Source of the DNA: Candidatus Spyradenecus sp.
GTDB lineage: Bacteria; Verrucomicrobiota; Kiritimatiellia; RFP12; DVOR01
Length of the DNA stretch: 45,198 nucleotides
Direction of reading: 5' to 3'
Assembly (NCBI GenBank): GCA_051891975.1
Contig: JBJFFT010000017.1
Coordinates: 1 to 45,198 of the forward strand
The translations under genes and the position numbers were made by a program. Below the pieces are notes generated by a model that was not told the DNA's origin, searched no databases, and worked only from the letters and a program-made list of their open reading frames with translations. The stretch's first letter is position 1; each line of letters opens with the position of its first letter. Shown here piece by piece: positions 16,774 to 25,537 of the stretch.

Positions 16774-18098
16774 CACCCGCCCAGGCCCTGAAGGCCGAGA
16801 TCCTCGCCAAGACCGCCGAATACTACCGCCTGGTCCACGCGCCCAAGCGCACCGAGCCCTTCGTCCCGGGCCAAACGCGCGTCAACTACGCCGGGCGCGT
16901 CTTTGACGAGGCGGAGATGACCAACCTCGTTGACGCCGCGCTCGACTTCTGGCTCACCTACGGCAAGTGGTCGCAGCGCTTCGAGGAGGCGCTGGCCAAG
17001 TATCTGGGCACCCGCTTCGCGCTCTTGGTCAACTCTGGCTCCTCGGCCAACCTCCTGGCCTTCGCCACGCTCACTTCGCCCCGCCTCGGCGAGCGGCAAA
17101 TCCGGCGCGGCGACGAAGTCATCACCGTGGCCGCCGGCTTCCCCACCACCATTGCCCCCATCATCCAATACGGCGCCGTGCCCGTCTTCGTCGACGTCGA
17201 GCTCGAGACCGCCAACATCCGCGCCGAGCTCCTGGAAGGCGCCTGGTCGCCCAAGACCAAGGCCGTGATGCTCGCCCACACCCTCGGCAACCCCTTTAAC
17301 CTCCGCGCCGTCAAAGCCTTCTGCCAGAAGCACAACCTCTGGCTGGTGGAGGATAACTGCGATGCCCTCGGTTCGCGCTACGACGGCCGCCTCACCGGCA
17401 CCTGGGGCGACATCGGCACCTCCTCCTTCTATCCCCCGCACCACCTGACAATGGGCGAGGGCGGCGCGGTCTATATGGCCGACCCCACCCTCCACAAGAT
17501 TGCCCTCTCCATCCGCGATTGGGGGCGCGACTGCTGGTGCCCCTCGGGCCGCGACAACACCTGCGGCTGCCGCTTCACCAAGCAGTTCGGCCACCTCCCG
17601 GTGGGCTACGACCACAAGTACGTCTACTCCCACTTCGGCTACAACCTCAAGGCCACCGATATGCAAGCGGCCATCGGCTGCGCCCAGCTCGAGAAGTTCC
17701 CCGCCTTTGTTCAGCAGCGCAAGGCCAACTACGCGCGCCTCCGCGCCGGCTTGGAGGGCCTGCCCCAGCTGCAGATCTTCCGCCCCGAGCCCGAGGCCGA
17801 CCCCTCCTGGTTCGGCTTCCTGATGACCGTCCGCCCCGAGGCTGGCTTCACCCGCAACGACCTCGCCCAGCACCTCGAGCGCGCCAACATCCAAACCCGC
17901 AACCTCTTCGCCGGCAACATCACCAAGCACCCCTGCTTCGACACCCTACGCGAAGGCCTCGACTACCGAATCGCCTCCCCCCTCCCCAACACCGACACCC
18001 TTATGTCCTCCGCCCTCTGGGTCGGCCTCTACCCCGATATGGGAAACCCCAAGCTCGACTACATCATCCACACCCTCCGCACCTTCTGCGGAAAGTAG
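16770..18098 (+). CDS. rfbH: CDP-6-deoxy-L-threo-D-glycero-4-hexulose-3-dehydrase (E1, RfbH/DdhC type; DegT/DnrJ/EryC1 fold)
   Basis: Starts at ATG 16770 (MTPAQALKAEIL). The 632-aa track ORF from 16200 is an out-of-gene extension. Motifs: LVNSGSSANLLAF, and the Fe-S-type cysteine pattern DCWCPSGRDNTCGCRF (C-x-C-x7-C). Length 442 aa. Confidence 0.85.
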   Translation: MTPAQALKAEILAKTAEYYRLVHAPKRTEPFVPGQTRVNYAGRVFDEAEMTNLVDAALDFWLTYGKWSQRFEEALAKYLGTRFALLVNSGSSANLLAFATLTSPRLGERQIRRGDEVITVAAGFPTTIAPIIQYGAVPVFVDVELETANIRAELLEGAWSPKTKAVMLAHTLGNPFNLRAVKAFCQKHNLWLVEDNCDALGSRYDGRLTGTWGDIGTSSFYPPHHLTMGEGGAVYMADPTLHKIALSIRDWGRDCWCPSGRDNTCGCRFTKQFGHLPVGYDHKYVYSHFGYNLKATDMQAAIGCAQLEKFPAFVQQRKANYARLRAGLEGLPQLQIFRPEPEADPSWFGFLMTVRPEAGFTRNDLAQHLERANIQTRNLFAGNITKHPCFDTLREGLDYRIASPLPNTDTLMSSALWVGLYPDMGNPKLDYIIHTLRTFCGK

Positions 18099-18116
18099 GG
18101 CGAAGGTCGCAGTAAG

Positions 18117-19838
18117 ATGAAGGCGAGCGATTGGATTATCGACTTTCTAAAACGCCGAGGCGTGACGACGCTCTTTGGCTACATCGGCGGGATGGCCACC
18201 CATCTCATCGACTCTGCCAGCCGGACCGAAGGCATCCGCTTCATCCAGACCTACCACGAGCAGTCCGCCGGCTTCCTGGCCGAGGGCTATGCCCGCCAGT
18301 GCGGCTTGCCCGGTGTGGCCATTGTGACGAGCGGCCCGGGCGCGACGAACCTAGTCACCTGCATTGGCGATGCCTACTTCGACTCCGTCCCGACGCTCTT
18401 CATCACCGGGCAAGTCAACACCTACGAGTGCAAGGGCACCAAGCCCATCCGCCAACAAGGCTTCCAAGAGGCCGAGGTGGTGGAGATGGTCCGCCCGCTC
18501 TCCAAGGCGGCCTTCTTCGTCGACCGCGCCGAGCGGCTCTGCACCGTTTTCGAGGAAGCGTGGGAGATTGCCGTCGGCGGGCGCCCAGGCCCGGTGGTTA
18601 TCGACCTACCGATGGATATTCAGCGCGCGGAGATTGACCCCGAAGCCATCGCTCACATTCGGACGCAAGAGCCCCAAGTGCACCTGTCGGAGGCGGATCT
18701 CGGCCGAATTGTCGCGCGGATTGAAGCCTCACAGCGACCATTGTTGCTCTTAGGGCAGGGGGCACAAAGGGCCAAAGGCGCGGTGGCCGAGCTGGTTAAG
18801 CGCCTGCCGTGTGTGGTCTCGCTGATGGGTAAGGGCGTTGTGGCGGAGGAGGAGCCCCTCTTCGCGGGGATGGTTGGCAGTTATGGCAACCGATGCGCAA
18901 ACCTGACCCTGGCGCGTGCCGACTTGGTCGTGGCCGTTGGGAGCCGCTTGGATACGCGCCAAACCGGGGCTCTACGCTCGGCGATGGAAAGCGGGCGGCA
19001 CCTCTTGCATATCGACATCGACCCTGCGGAGTTGCAGCACAACCGCTTGGCCAACCGCGAGCCCTTCTTAGGCGAAGCCACCGACTGCCTGACGCGCCTG
19101 GCGCACGCGCTGGCGCACTTTTCGGTCCGCCCCGCGTGGGCTCAGGAGGTGGCCGCGCTACGCACGCGCTACAGCCAGGAAGCCGAAGTGGCGCGCTTTG
19201 CCGAGGTGGCCGAACCGTATCATCAGATGCGTTGGTTGGGCGCGCACAGCCCGGAGTCGGCCCACTTCGCCGTCGACATCGGGCAGAACCAAATGTGGGC
19301 TGCGCAGACGCTTCGGTTGCGCGCGGGGCAGCGCTTCTTCACCTCCGGCGGAATGGCGCCGATGGGCTATGCGTTGCCGGTGGCCATCGGGGCCGCCTTT
19401 GCCGATCCCTCGCGCCCCTATCTGGCAATGATGGGCGATGGAGGGCTCTACTTCGCCCTCCAAAGTCTGCCGCTGCTGGCGCAATATCACCTGCCGGTCA
19501 AAGCCGTTGTCTTCAACAACCGCACCTTGGGGATGATTACGCAGTTCCAGACGCTCTACTTCAACGCCAACTACGCAGCCACCACGGCAGGCGGTGGCTA
19601 CCAAGCCCCCGACTGCGAAGCCCTGGCCCGAGCGTTCGCGTTGCCCTTCCACCGCGTCGAGACGGAAGCGGACTGGCAGCAGGCGCTCGCTGCGCCCGGT
19701 CCGGCTCTCATCGAAGCCCCCCTGCCACCGCTGACCACCGTCACGCCCAAGCTTGAGTTCAATCGCCCCTTCTACGATATGACCCCTCTCCTGCCGCGCG
19801 ACGAATTGGCCGCCATCCTCCAAGGTGCCTGCCAATGA
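18117..19838 (+). CDS. thiamine-diphosphate-dependent enzyme, acetolactate-synthase-like (YerE-like candidate for C-branching of a CDP-ketosugar)
   Basis: N-terminal Pyr domain (GVTTLFGYIGGMATHLID, IVTSGPGATNLVTCIGDAYFDSVP). C-terminal ThDP motif GDGGLYFALQSLPLLAQYHLPVKAVVFNNRTLGMI. The YerE-like call rests on its position after rfbFGH. Confidence 0.7.
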   Translation: MKASDWIIDFLKRRGVTTLFGYIGGMATHLIDSASRTEGIRFIQTYHEQSAGFLAEGYARQCGLPGVAIVTSGPGATNLVTCIGDAYFDSVPTLFITGQVNTYECKGTKPIRQQGFQEAEVVEMVRPLSKAAFFVDRAERLCTVFEEAWEIAVGGRPGPVVIDLPMDIQRAEIDPEAIAHIRTQEPQVHLSEADLGRIVARIEASQRPLLLLGQGAQRAKGAVAELVKRLPCVVSLMGKGVVAEEEPLFAGMVGSYGNRCANLTLARADLVVAVGSRLDTRQTGALRSAMESGRHLLHIDIDPAELQHNRLANREPFLGEATDCLTRLAHALAHFSVRPAWAQEVAALRTRYSQEAEVARFAEVAEPYHQMRWLGAHSPESAHFAVDIGQNQMWAAQTLRLRAGQRFFTSGGMAPMGYALPVAIGAAFADPSRPYLAMMGDGGLYFALQSLPLLAQYHLPVKAVVFNNRTLGMITQFQTLYFNANYAATTAGGGYQAPDCEALARAFALPFHRVETEADWQQALAAPGPALIEAPLPPLTTVTPKLEFNRPFYDMTPLLPRDELAAILQGACQ

Positions 19839-20695
19839 CACGCATTCTGATGACCGGGGGGACGGGGTTCTTTGGGCAGTCGATGGTGGATTATCTGGCG
19901 CGGGTGGGCGGGGAGGTGGAGCTGACGCGGCTGGCGCGGCGGGGCGGAGAGTTGGTGGGGGACGTGCGGACCTTTGATGTGGGCTCGGCGCGCTTTGATG
20001 CCATCATCCACGCGGCCACGCCCACGCAGGGCCAGCTTCCGGAGGCCGAGCTGCGCTCGATTATCGTGGAAGGCACCGCGAATATGCTCGCCCAGGCCAA
20101 GCGGTGCGGAGCGCAGCGCTTTATGATGGTCTCCTCGGGCGGCGTCTATGGCGGCGGGTGGACGCGGCCCATTCGCGAGACGGACGCGCCCCGGCCGGTG
20201 ACGGCCTACGGTCAGGCGAAGTTGGAGGCCGAGGCGCTGGCGGTGGCCTCGGGGCTGCATGTGCTGCTGCCGCGCTGCTTTGCCTTCACCGGGCGGCACC
20301 TGCCGCGCACGGCGCACTTCGCCATCGGCAACTTCATCGCCGACGCGCTCGCCGGGCGAGCGATTGTCATCCGGGGTGACGGCTCGCCGCTGCGCTCGTA
20401 TATGCACGCCGACGATCTCTGCGCCTGGCTGCTGGCCATCCTCGCACGCGGCGAGAGCGGCCGGCCCTACAACGTGGGCTCGGACGAGGCCATCTCCATC
20501 CGCGCGCTCGCCGAACTTGTGCGCGAAACCCTCGGCTCGCGCAGTCCCGTGCGGGTGCTGGGCGGGGCGGTCCCCGGCGCGGCGAACACCTATGTGCCGG
20601 CGATTGACCGCGCCCGCGAGGAGCTGGGGCTGCACCTCACCTACTCGCTGCCCCAGGCCATCCGCGCCAGCCTGTTGGAAGGAGAAGAACGATGA
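19835..20695 (+). CDS. NAD(P)-dependent epimerase/dehydratase-family (SDR) sugar reductase
   Basis: ILMTGGTGFFGQSMV Rossmann motif and the catalytic AYGQAKLEAE (YxxxK). ATGA overlap with the upstream gene. Confidence 0.75.
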   Translation: MTRILMTGGTGFFGQSMVDYLARVGGEVELTRLARRGGELVGDVRTFDVGSARFDAIIHAATPTQGQLPEAELRSIIVEGTANMLAQAKRCGAQRFMMVSSGGVYGGGWTRPIRETDAPRPVTAYGQAKLEAEALAVASGLHVLLPRCFAFTGRHLPRTAHFAIGNFIADALAGRAIVIRGDGSPLRSYMHADDLCAWLLAILARGESGRPYNVGSDEAISIRALAELVRETLGSRSPVRVLGGAVPGAANTYVPAIDRAREELGLHLTYSLPQAIRASLLEGEER

Positions 20696-21639
20696 AACGC
20701 ATTAGCATTGTCGGCGGCTGCTACAACGAGGCCGAGAACCTGCCCGAGCTCTACGAACGCTGCCGGGCCGTCCTGGCCAAGTGGCCGCAGTACGACTACG
20801 AGTTCGTCCTGGAAGACAACGCTTCCACCGACGGCACCCGGGAGGTCCTGCGCAGCCTAGCGGCGCACGACCCCAACTTCCGCGTCATCCTCAACGCCAA
20901 CAACTTCGGCCACATCCGCTCGCCCTTCAACGCCCTGCTCAATGCGCGCGGCGACGCGGCCATCTGGATGTGCACCGACCTCCAGGAGCCGCCGGAGGTC
21001 ATCGACGACTTCCTCCGCGCCTGGGAGGCCGGCAACAAAGTCGTCGTGGGCGTTCGGCAAGGCACGCGCGCCAACCCCCTCCTCGAGCTCCTACGCCGGG
21101 GCTACTACTGGGCGCTGCAAAAGTCCGCCCCCGGCCAGCGCGTCATCGCCAAGTTCACCGGCTTTGGCCTCTACGACCGCGCCTTCCTCGATGCCCTCAA
21201 GCGCTTTCACGAGCCCTACCCCTACTTCCGCGGTCTGGTCAGCGAGATCGGTTTCCGCCGTGCCGAGGTCCCCTTTGTGCAGGACAGGCGCAAGCACGGC
21301 GTCACCAAGAACAACTTCTTCACCCTCTACGATATGGCGATGACCGGCTTCGTCAACCACACCAAGTTGCCCCTGCGCTTCGCCGTCTTCTGCGGCTTCC
21401 TGACCGCTGCCGCCTCGCTCCTCATCGCGCTGGGCTACCTGGCCTACAAGCTCCTGCACTGGGATTCCTTCCGCCTAGGGATGGCGCCGATGGTCATCGG
21501 CATCTTCTTCCTGGGCAGCGTGCAGCTCATCTTCATCGGCGTCATCGGCGAATACATTGGCGCCATCTGGACGCAGGTCAAGAACAAGCCCCTCGTCATC
21601 GAAGAAGAGCGCCTCAACTTTCCGGAGGCGCGCGGATGA
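20692..21639 (+). CDS. family-2 glycosyltransferase, polyprenyl-phosphate glycosyltransferase type (GtrB/ArnC-like)
   Basis: ISIVGGCYNEAENLPELY..VLEDNASTDGT..DLQEPPE, plus two C-terminal TM helices (FAVFCGFLTAAASLLIALGYL, MVIGIFFLGSVQLIFIGVIGEYI). Confidence 0.75.
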   Translation: MKRISIVGGCYNEAENLPELYERCRAVLAKWPQYDYEFVLEDNASTDGTREVLRSLAAHDPNFRVILNANNFGHIRSPFNALLNARGDAAIWMCTDLQEPPEVIDDFLRAWEAGNKVVVGVRQGTRANPLLELLRRGYYWALQKSAPGQRVIAKFTGFGLYDRAFLDALKRFHEPYPYFRGLVSEIGFRRAEVPFVQDRRKHGVTKNNFFTLYDMAMTGFVNHTKLPLRFAVFCGFLTAAASLLIALGYLAYKLLHWDSFRLGMAPMVIGIFFLGSVQLIFIGVIGEYIGAIWTQVKNKPLVIEEERLNFPEARG

Positions 21640-22046
21640 CACGCCTGCCGCCCATCCCCTGGACCTTCCTGCGCTTCCTGCTCATCGGCGGCTGGAACAC
21701 CCTCTTCGGCGTGGGGCTCTACGCGGCGGCCTACCGCCTCTACGGCGCGCGCGTCCACTATCTGCTCCTGACCGTGCCCGTGCAGTTCCTGGCCATCACC
21801 CAAGCCTTCCTCTGCTACAAGTTCCTCGTCTTCCGCGTCCGCCGGAGCGCCTGGTTCGCCGAGTATCTGCGTTGCTTCCTGGTCTATGGCCTGAGCGCGC
21901 TGCTCACCACGGCCCTCCTGTGGCTCTGCGTGGCGGTGTTGCACCTCTCGCCCATCCTCGGCAACCTCGCCGCCACCGCCATCGTCACCGTCGTCAGCTT
22001 CCTTGGCCACCAGGCCTTCACCTTCCACCGCAAACTCACCCCCTAA
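21636..22046 (+). CDS. GtrA-family small membrane protein (putative lipid-linked sugar translocase)
   Basis: Starts at ATG 21636 (ATGA overlap). MTRLPPIPWTFLRFLLIGGWNTLFGVGLYAAAY, four predicted TM helices, 136 aa. The track ORF 20781..22046 is an artefactual extension. Confidence 0.7.
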   Translation: MTRLPPIPWTFLRFLLIGGWNTLFGVGLYAAAYRLYGARVHYLLLTVPVQFLAITQAFLCYKFLVFRVRRSAWFAEYLRCFLVYGLSALLTTALLWLCVAVLHLSPILGNLAATAIVTVVSFLGHQAFTFHRKLTP

Positions 22047-22055
22047 GCTCTCCCT

Positions 22056-23717
22056 ATGCAAACACTCAAAACCCGCCTCTGCGACCTGCGCACCTTCGCC
22101 GAAGAGCTCCTCTTCGCCTCCCGCTGGACGCTCCCCCTCCTCCTCCTGCTCCTCGGCGCCACCTACGGCCGCTGGCTCGTCGACGTCAGCTACACCAACG
22201 ACCAAATCCTCGCGCTCGCGTCTCACCCCTTTACCCTCATCGAGCAACAGCGCTGGGGCTTTAGCGTCCTGGGCCTCCTCGGCCTAATGGATCGCCACAT
22301 TCCCTTCTGGTCCCCCTTCCTCGGCCTCGCCCTCCTCACCGGCGCCGGGATTCTCTTCGCCTACTACTGGCGCACCGTCGCCCCCGGCACCTGCTCGCGC
22401 CGCCAACTCCTCTTCGGCCTCTGCCTCTTCCTCACCTTCCCGCTCAACTGCGAAATCCTCATCTACCCCTCCGCCTTCCTCTGGAACGGCGCCTGCTACG
22501 CCCTCGTCGCCGCCGCGCTTCTCCTCTCCCACGAGCCGCACACCGAAGGCCCCCTGCGCGCGCACCTCGCCCCGCGCGCCTGGCTCCTCCCCGCCCTCCT
22601 CCTGGCCACCGCCATCTCGGCCTACGAGAGCTTCCTCTTTGTCTACCTCGTCGGCCTCCTCCTCACCCTCCTCATCCGCCTCCACCGCGGCGAAATCACC
22701 GCCTGGCGCGACCTCCTGCCCGCCGCCCGCAAGCCCCTCATCACCCTCATTGCCGCGCTGATTATCCGCTCGCTGGTCATCTTCGCCATCAGCTTTGCGG
22801 TCACCTACGCCAAAGATGGCGGCGGCGCTGCCAAAACCATCGCCTGGTTCGATGTTGAGTGCCTCCGAGACCTCCTCGACCTCTGCCTCAAGCTCCCTCT
22901 CAAGTTCGCCTACTACTACCTCATCTACGCCCCCTTCAACATCGCCCTCGCCCTCTTCTGGGCGGCCCTCCTCGGCGGCGCCGGTCTCTTCCTCAAACGC
23001 CCCCACCGCCTCCTGGCCGCCACCCTCCTCCTCGCCCTCCTCGGGAGCCTCTTCGCCCTCTCCCTAATGATGGGCAACGTCCAGCCCTACCGCAACTGCC
23101 AGTCCTTCGCCCTCCTCGTTGGCTGCCTCCTCCCCCTCCTCCTCGCGCGCACCCTTCGTCCCCGGCCAGCGCGCCTCCTCCTCGCCATCGCCCTCCTCTT
23201 CCTCTGCACCAAGCAGACCTCTCTCTACTTCGATGCCGACCTCCGCGCCTGGCAACGCGCCTCCTTCGACTACTACACCCTCGCCCACGACCTCCAGACC
23301 TCCCAAGCCCTCCAAAAGGGCAAACCCGTCTACTTCGTCGGCCACACCACCCACGGCGCCTCCCTCACCGACTCCCTCCTCCCACACGCCCTCACCAAGC
23401 CCCTCTCCACCTTCCTCCCCAGCCCCTACCAACACGCCGCCTGGACCCACTTCCCCATCAGCTACCAAGCCCGCGTCATCCTCCGCGAACGCTATGGCCT
23501 GACCGCCCTCCCCCTCCGCAATCCCCCCGGCCCCACCCAAGCAGAGCTCCTTGCCCTCGCCGAACGCGAACAGATCCCCGCCTTCCCCCACCCCGGCTAC
23601 ATCCGCGAGTTCGACGACAAAATCCTCATCCACGCCGGCTCCGCCACCGATCCCTCCCGCCCCTGGCGCCAGCGCCTCCGCGAAGCGCTCTCCGCCCCCG
23701 CCCCGACCTCAAAGTGA
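22056..23717 (+). CDS. large polytopic membrane protein, candidate GT-C-type periplasmic glycosyltransferase
   Basis: 553 aa with more than 10 hydrophobic helices and a C-terminal soluble region. Function is inferred only from its position after the GT2 and GtrA-like genes (Gtr/Arn paradigm). No catalytic motif recognised by eye. Confidence 0.5.
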   Translation: MQTLKTRLCDLRTFAEELLFASRWTLPLLLLLLGATYGRWLVDVSYTNDQILALASHPFTLIEQQRWGFSVLGLLGLMDRHIPFWSPFLGLALLTGAGILFAYYWRTVAPGTCSRRQLLFGLCLFLTFPLNCEILIYPSAFLWNGACYALVAAALLLSHEPHTEGPLRAHLAPRAWLLPALLLATAISAYESFLFVYLVGLLLTLLIRLHRGEITAWRDLLPAARKPLITLIAALIIRSLVIFAISFAVTYAKDGGGAAKTIAWFDVECLRDLLDLCLKLPLKFAYYYLIYAPFNIALALFWAALLGGAGLFLKRPHRLLAATLLLALLGSLFALSLMMGNVQPYRNCQSFALLVGCLLPLLLARTLRPRPARLLLAIALLFLCTKQTSLYFDADLRAWQRASFDYYTLAHDLQTSQALQKGKPVYFVGHTTHGASLTDSLLPHALTKPLSTFLPSPYQHAAWTHFPISYQARVILRERYGLTALPLRNPPGPTQAELLALAEREQIPAFPHPGYIREFDDKILIHAGSATDPSRPWRQRLREALSAPAPTSK

Positions 23718-23822
23718 CCTAGGGCCTACCTCGCCTCGACCTAGGGCCTACCTCGAGTCGAGGTAGGCCCTACCTTTTTGAGGGTATCGCGCGGGCCCCT
23801 TAGGGCCTGCCGGCTGGGGGTG
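23694..23822 (+). repeat. 129-bp direct repeat, left copy (last 8 codons of the 22056..23717 gene + terminator module)
   Basis: GCCCCCGCCCCGACCTCAAAGTGACCTAGGGCC...GGCTGGGGGTG is repeated at 25409-25537 with 2 mismatches by hand alignment. Confidence 0.85.
23743..23779 (+). terminator. intrinsic terminator (13-bp stem + T5) after the CDP-sugar operon
   Basis: AGGGCCTACCTCG agt CGAGGTAGGCCCT ACC TTTTT. Confidence 0.75.
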
Positions 23823-23870
23823 GGGCAAAAGGGGGAAGTGATGAACCATCCCCTGTTCTCTCCATTAACG

Positions 23871-25181
23871 TCAATGAGCCGCCGCCGGGGCGGGCGGCAA
23901 GTGGCTGCCACCCTCAAGGAGCCATCGGCGCGCGGGGATGAGGCAAATTGTCTGGCCGGCAAGGGTCTCCTCGCCTACTTCGTCGTTGGTAATCAGCACG
24001 AGGTCCCGGCAGCCCAACTTCTGCCCAGCACCCACCAACGCCGCCAATTCGCGTTTGCGCGTCTTGGGCGAAGCGAGGGCGTAGGAGACTTGAATGAGCC
24101 GCACCACCTTGCCGTGGCGTACTTGACAGAAGTCGACCTCGTGGGCCGGGTCTTTGTAGTAGTAGAGCTCGACATCATCGAGCTCGCGCCGGCGGCGCAA
24201 TTCCAGGTAGATGATGTTCTCAAGCCGCCAGCCCAGCTCCTCGTCGGAGCCCAGGACGCCAGTGAAATAGGAGATGAAGGCCGGATCGCTGACATACAGC
24301 TTCACATTGCGCACGCGCTCGGCCGGTTTACGCGAATAGGCGCGCAGGGTCGAGACCAGGTAGGATTCGCACAAGTAGTGCAGGTAGGTCTGCACCGTGT
24401 GCGCGCTGGCAATGCCAACCGAGGCCGCCAGGCCCGTCATCGACACCTCGCGCGCGAACTGTTGCATCAGCACATAGGCCGCGTCCTGAAAGCGCTGTAC
24501 ATTACGGACGCTGTGGCGGCGCAGAATGTCCTTCGTGAGGATAGCCTCGTAGAGCGTGCGCACATAGTTTCGCACATCGGTCAGTTGAAAGGTCTCCGGC
24601 AAGCCTCCCTGATAGAAGTACCGCTCCCACAACGCCCGCTCCGCCACCTCGCGCTCGGCCGCAGAAGCCCCTGGCAAGCCCTTCCCCTGCCAGGCGCAAA
24701 ACTCGGCAAAGGAAAAGGGCAGCACCTCAATCGGCAGATAGCGCCCGGTCAGGTGCGTCGTCAACTCATCAGAGAGCAACCGCGCATTCGACCCCGTCAC
24801 CACCACATGCTTGCCCGCGCGCAACAGCCGATTGACAAACAAGTGCCACCCCGAGACATTCTGCAACTCGTCAAAGAGCAACGTCTCCACCTCGCCATAG
24901 ACCGCATAGACTGCCGCGAGCACCTCCTCCAACCCCTCCGCCTGCAAATGGTAAAGCGCCTCGTCATCGAAATCCACGTACCCAAAGCGCACGCCGGAAG
25001 CCTGCAATGCCAAACGGCACACCACCGACTTCCCCGCACGCCGCATTCCCAACACCACCTGCGCCAGCGGACTGTGCACATCCACCCGCTCCATCGGCTC
25101 ACGCGCCAACATCGCCTGACCCAACAGCCGCTCCAACTCCCGCCGCTGTTCCCGGATAATCATCACATAATCGCGCGCCAT
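23871..25181 (-). CDS. AAA+ ATPase of the AAA_14/DUF4143 type
   Basis: MARDYVMIIREQRRELERLL..VVLGMRRAGKSV (Walker A)..LLFDELQNV (Walker B), plus a DUF4143-like C-terminus (EVDFC..IQVSYAL). AAGGAGG lies upstream. Confidence 0.75.
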   Translation of the reverse strand: MARDYVMIIREQRRELERLLGQAMLAREPMERVDVHSPLAQVVLGMRRAGKSVVCRLALQASGVRFGYVDFDDEALYHLQAEGLEEVLAAVYAVYGEVETLLFDELQNVSGWHLFVNRLLRAGKHVVVTGSNARLLSDELTTHLTGRYLPIEVLPFSFAEFCAWQGKGLPGASAAEREVAERALWERYFYQGGLPETFQLTDVRNYVRTLYEAILTKDILRRHSVRNVQRFQDAAYVLMQQFAREVSMTGLAASVGIASAHTVQTYLHYLCESYLVSTLRAYSRKPAERVRNVKLYVSDPAFISYFTGVLGSDEELGWRLENIIYLELRRRRELDDVELYYYKDPAHEVDFCQVRHGKVVRLIQVSYALASPKTRKRELAALVGAGQKLGCRDLVLITNDEVGEETLAGQTICLIPARRWLLEGGSHLPPAPAAAH

Positions 25182-25203
25182 CTGAACCTCCTTGCTTACC
25201 CCG

Positions 25204-25216
25204 ATTATAGCACTTC
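25204..25216 (-). promoter_or_regulatory. extended -10 promoter motif (GAAGTGCTATAAT) for the ATPase gene
   Basis: The reverse strand reads GAAGTGCTATAAT, then 22 nt containing AAGGAGG, then ATG 25181. Confidence 0.45.
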
Positions 25217-25223
25217 GCGCACG

Positions 25224-25279
25224 CTTATTGCACTAAAATGGCCGATTTAGTGCAATAAGGCGCTCTGAATTGCACTAAA
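25224..25279. promoter_or_regulatory. 14-bp perfect inverted repeat plus a third half-site upstream of the ATPase promoter
   Basis: CTTATTGCACTAAA (25224-25237), atggccga, TTTAGTGCAATAAG (25246-25259). A third ATTGCACTAAA lies at 25269-25279. Confidence 0.6.
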
Positions 25280-25408
25280 CCAGGCAAAATGTCCCCTCTC
25301 CAGACCCGCTACGAAGCGATTGTGAAGCGCTAAAGTACCAGCAAACTACGCGCCGGGGGTCCGCCGAGAAGCTCCTTGGATTGCCGCTCGCCGCCCCGAG
25401 ATCAAAAC

Positions 25409-25537
25409 GCCCCCGCCCCGACCTCAAAGTGACCTAGGGCCTACCTCGCCTCGACCTAGGGCCTACCTCGAGGCGAGGTAGGCCCTACCTTTTTGAGGGT
25501 ATCGCGCGGGCCCCTTAGGGCCTGCTGGCTGGGGGTG
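25409..25537 (+). repeat. 129-bp direct repeat, right copy
   Basis: Matches 23694-23822, including the TGA and the preceding 20 nt of coding sequence. Only about 105 bp of it (the generic terminator module) is shared with 14222-14335. Confidence 0.85.
25458..25494 (+). terminator. hairpin + T5 (plus strand) in the duplicated terminator module
   Basis: AGGGCCTACCTCG agg CGAGGTAGGCCCT ACC TTTTT. There is no plus-strand gene upstream, so it is probably a passenger of the duplication. Confidence 0.4.

Noticed and set aside
23778-25250. 490-aa plus-strand ORF overlapping the first DUF4143 ATPase locus
   Set aside because: The minus-strand product has Walker A/B motifs and an SD-preceded ATG. The plus-strand product is R/Q/L/H-rich with no recognisable features.
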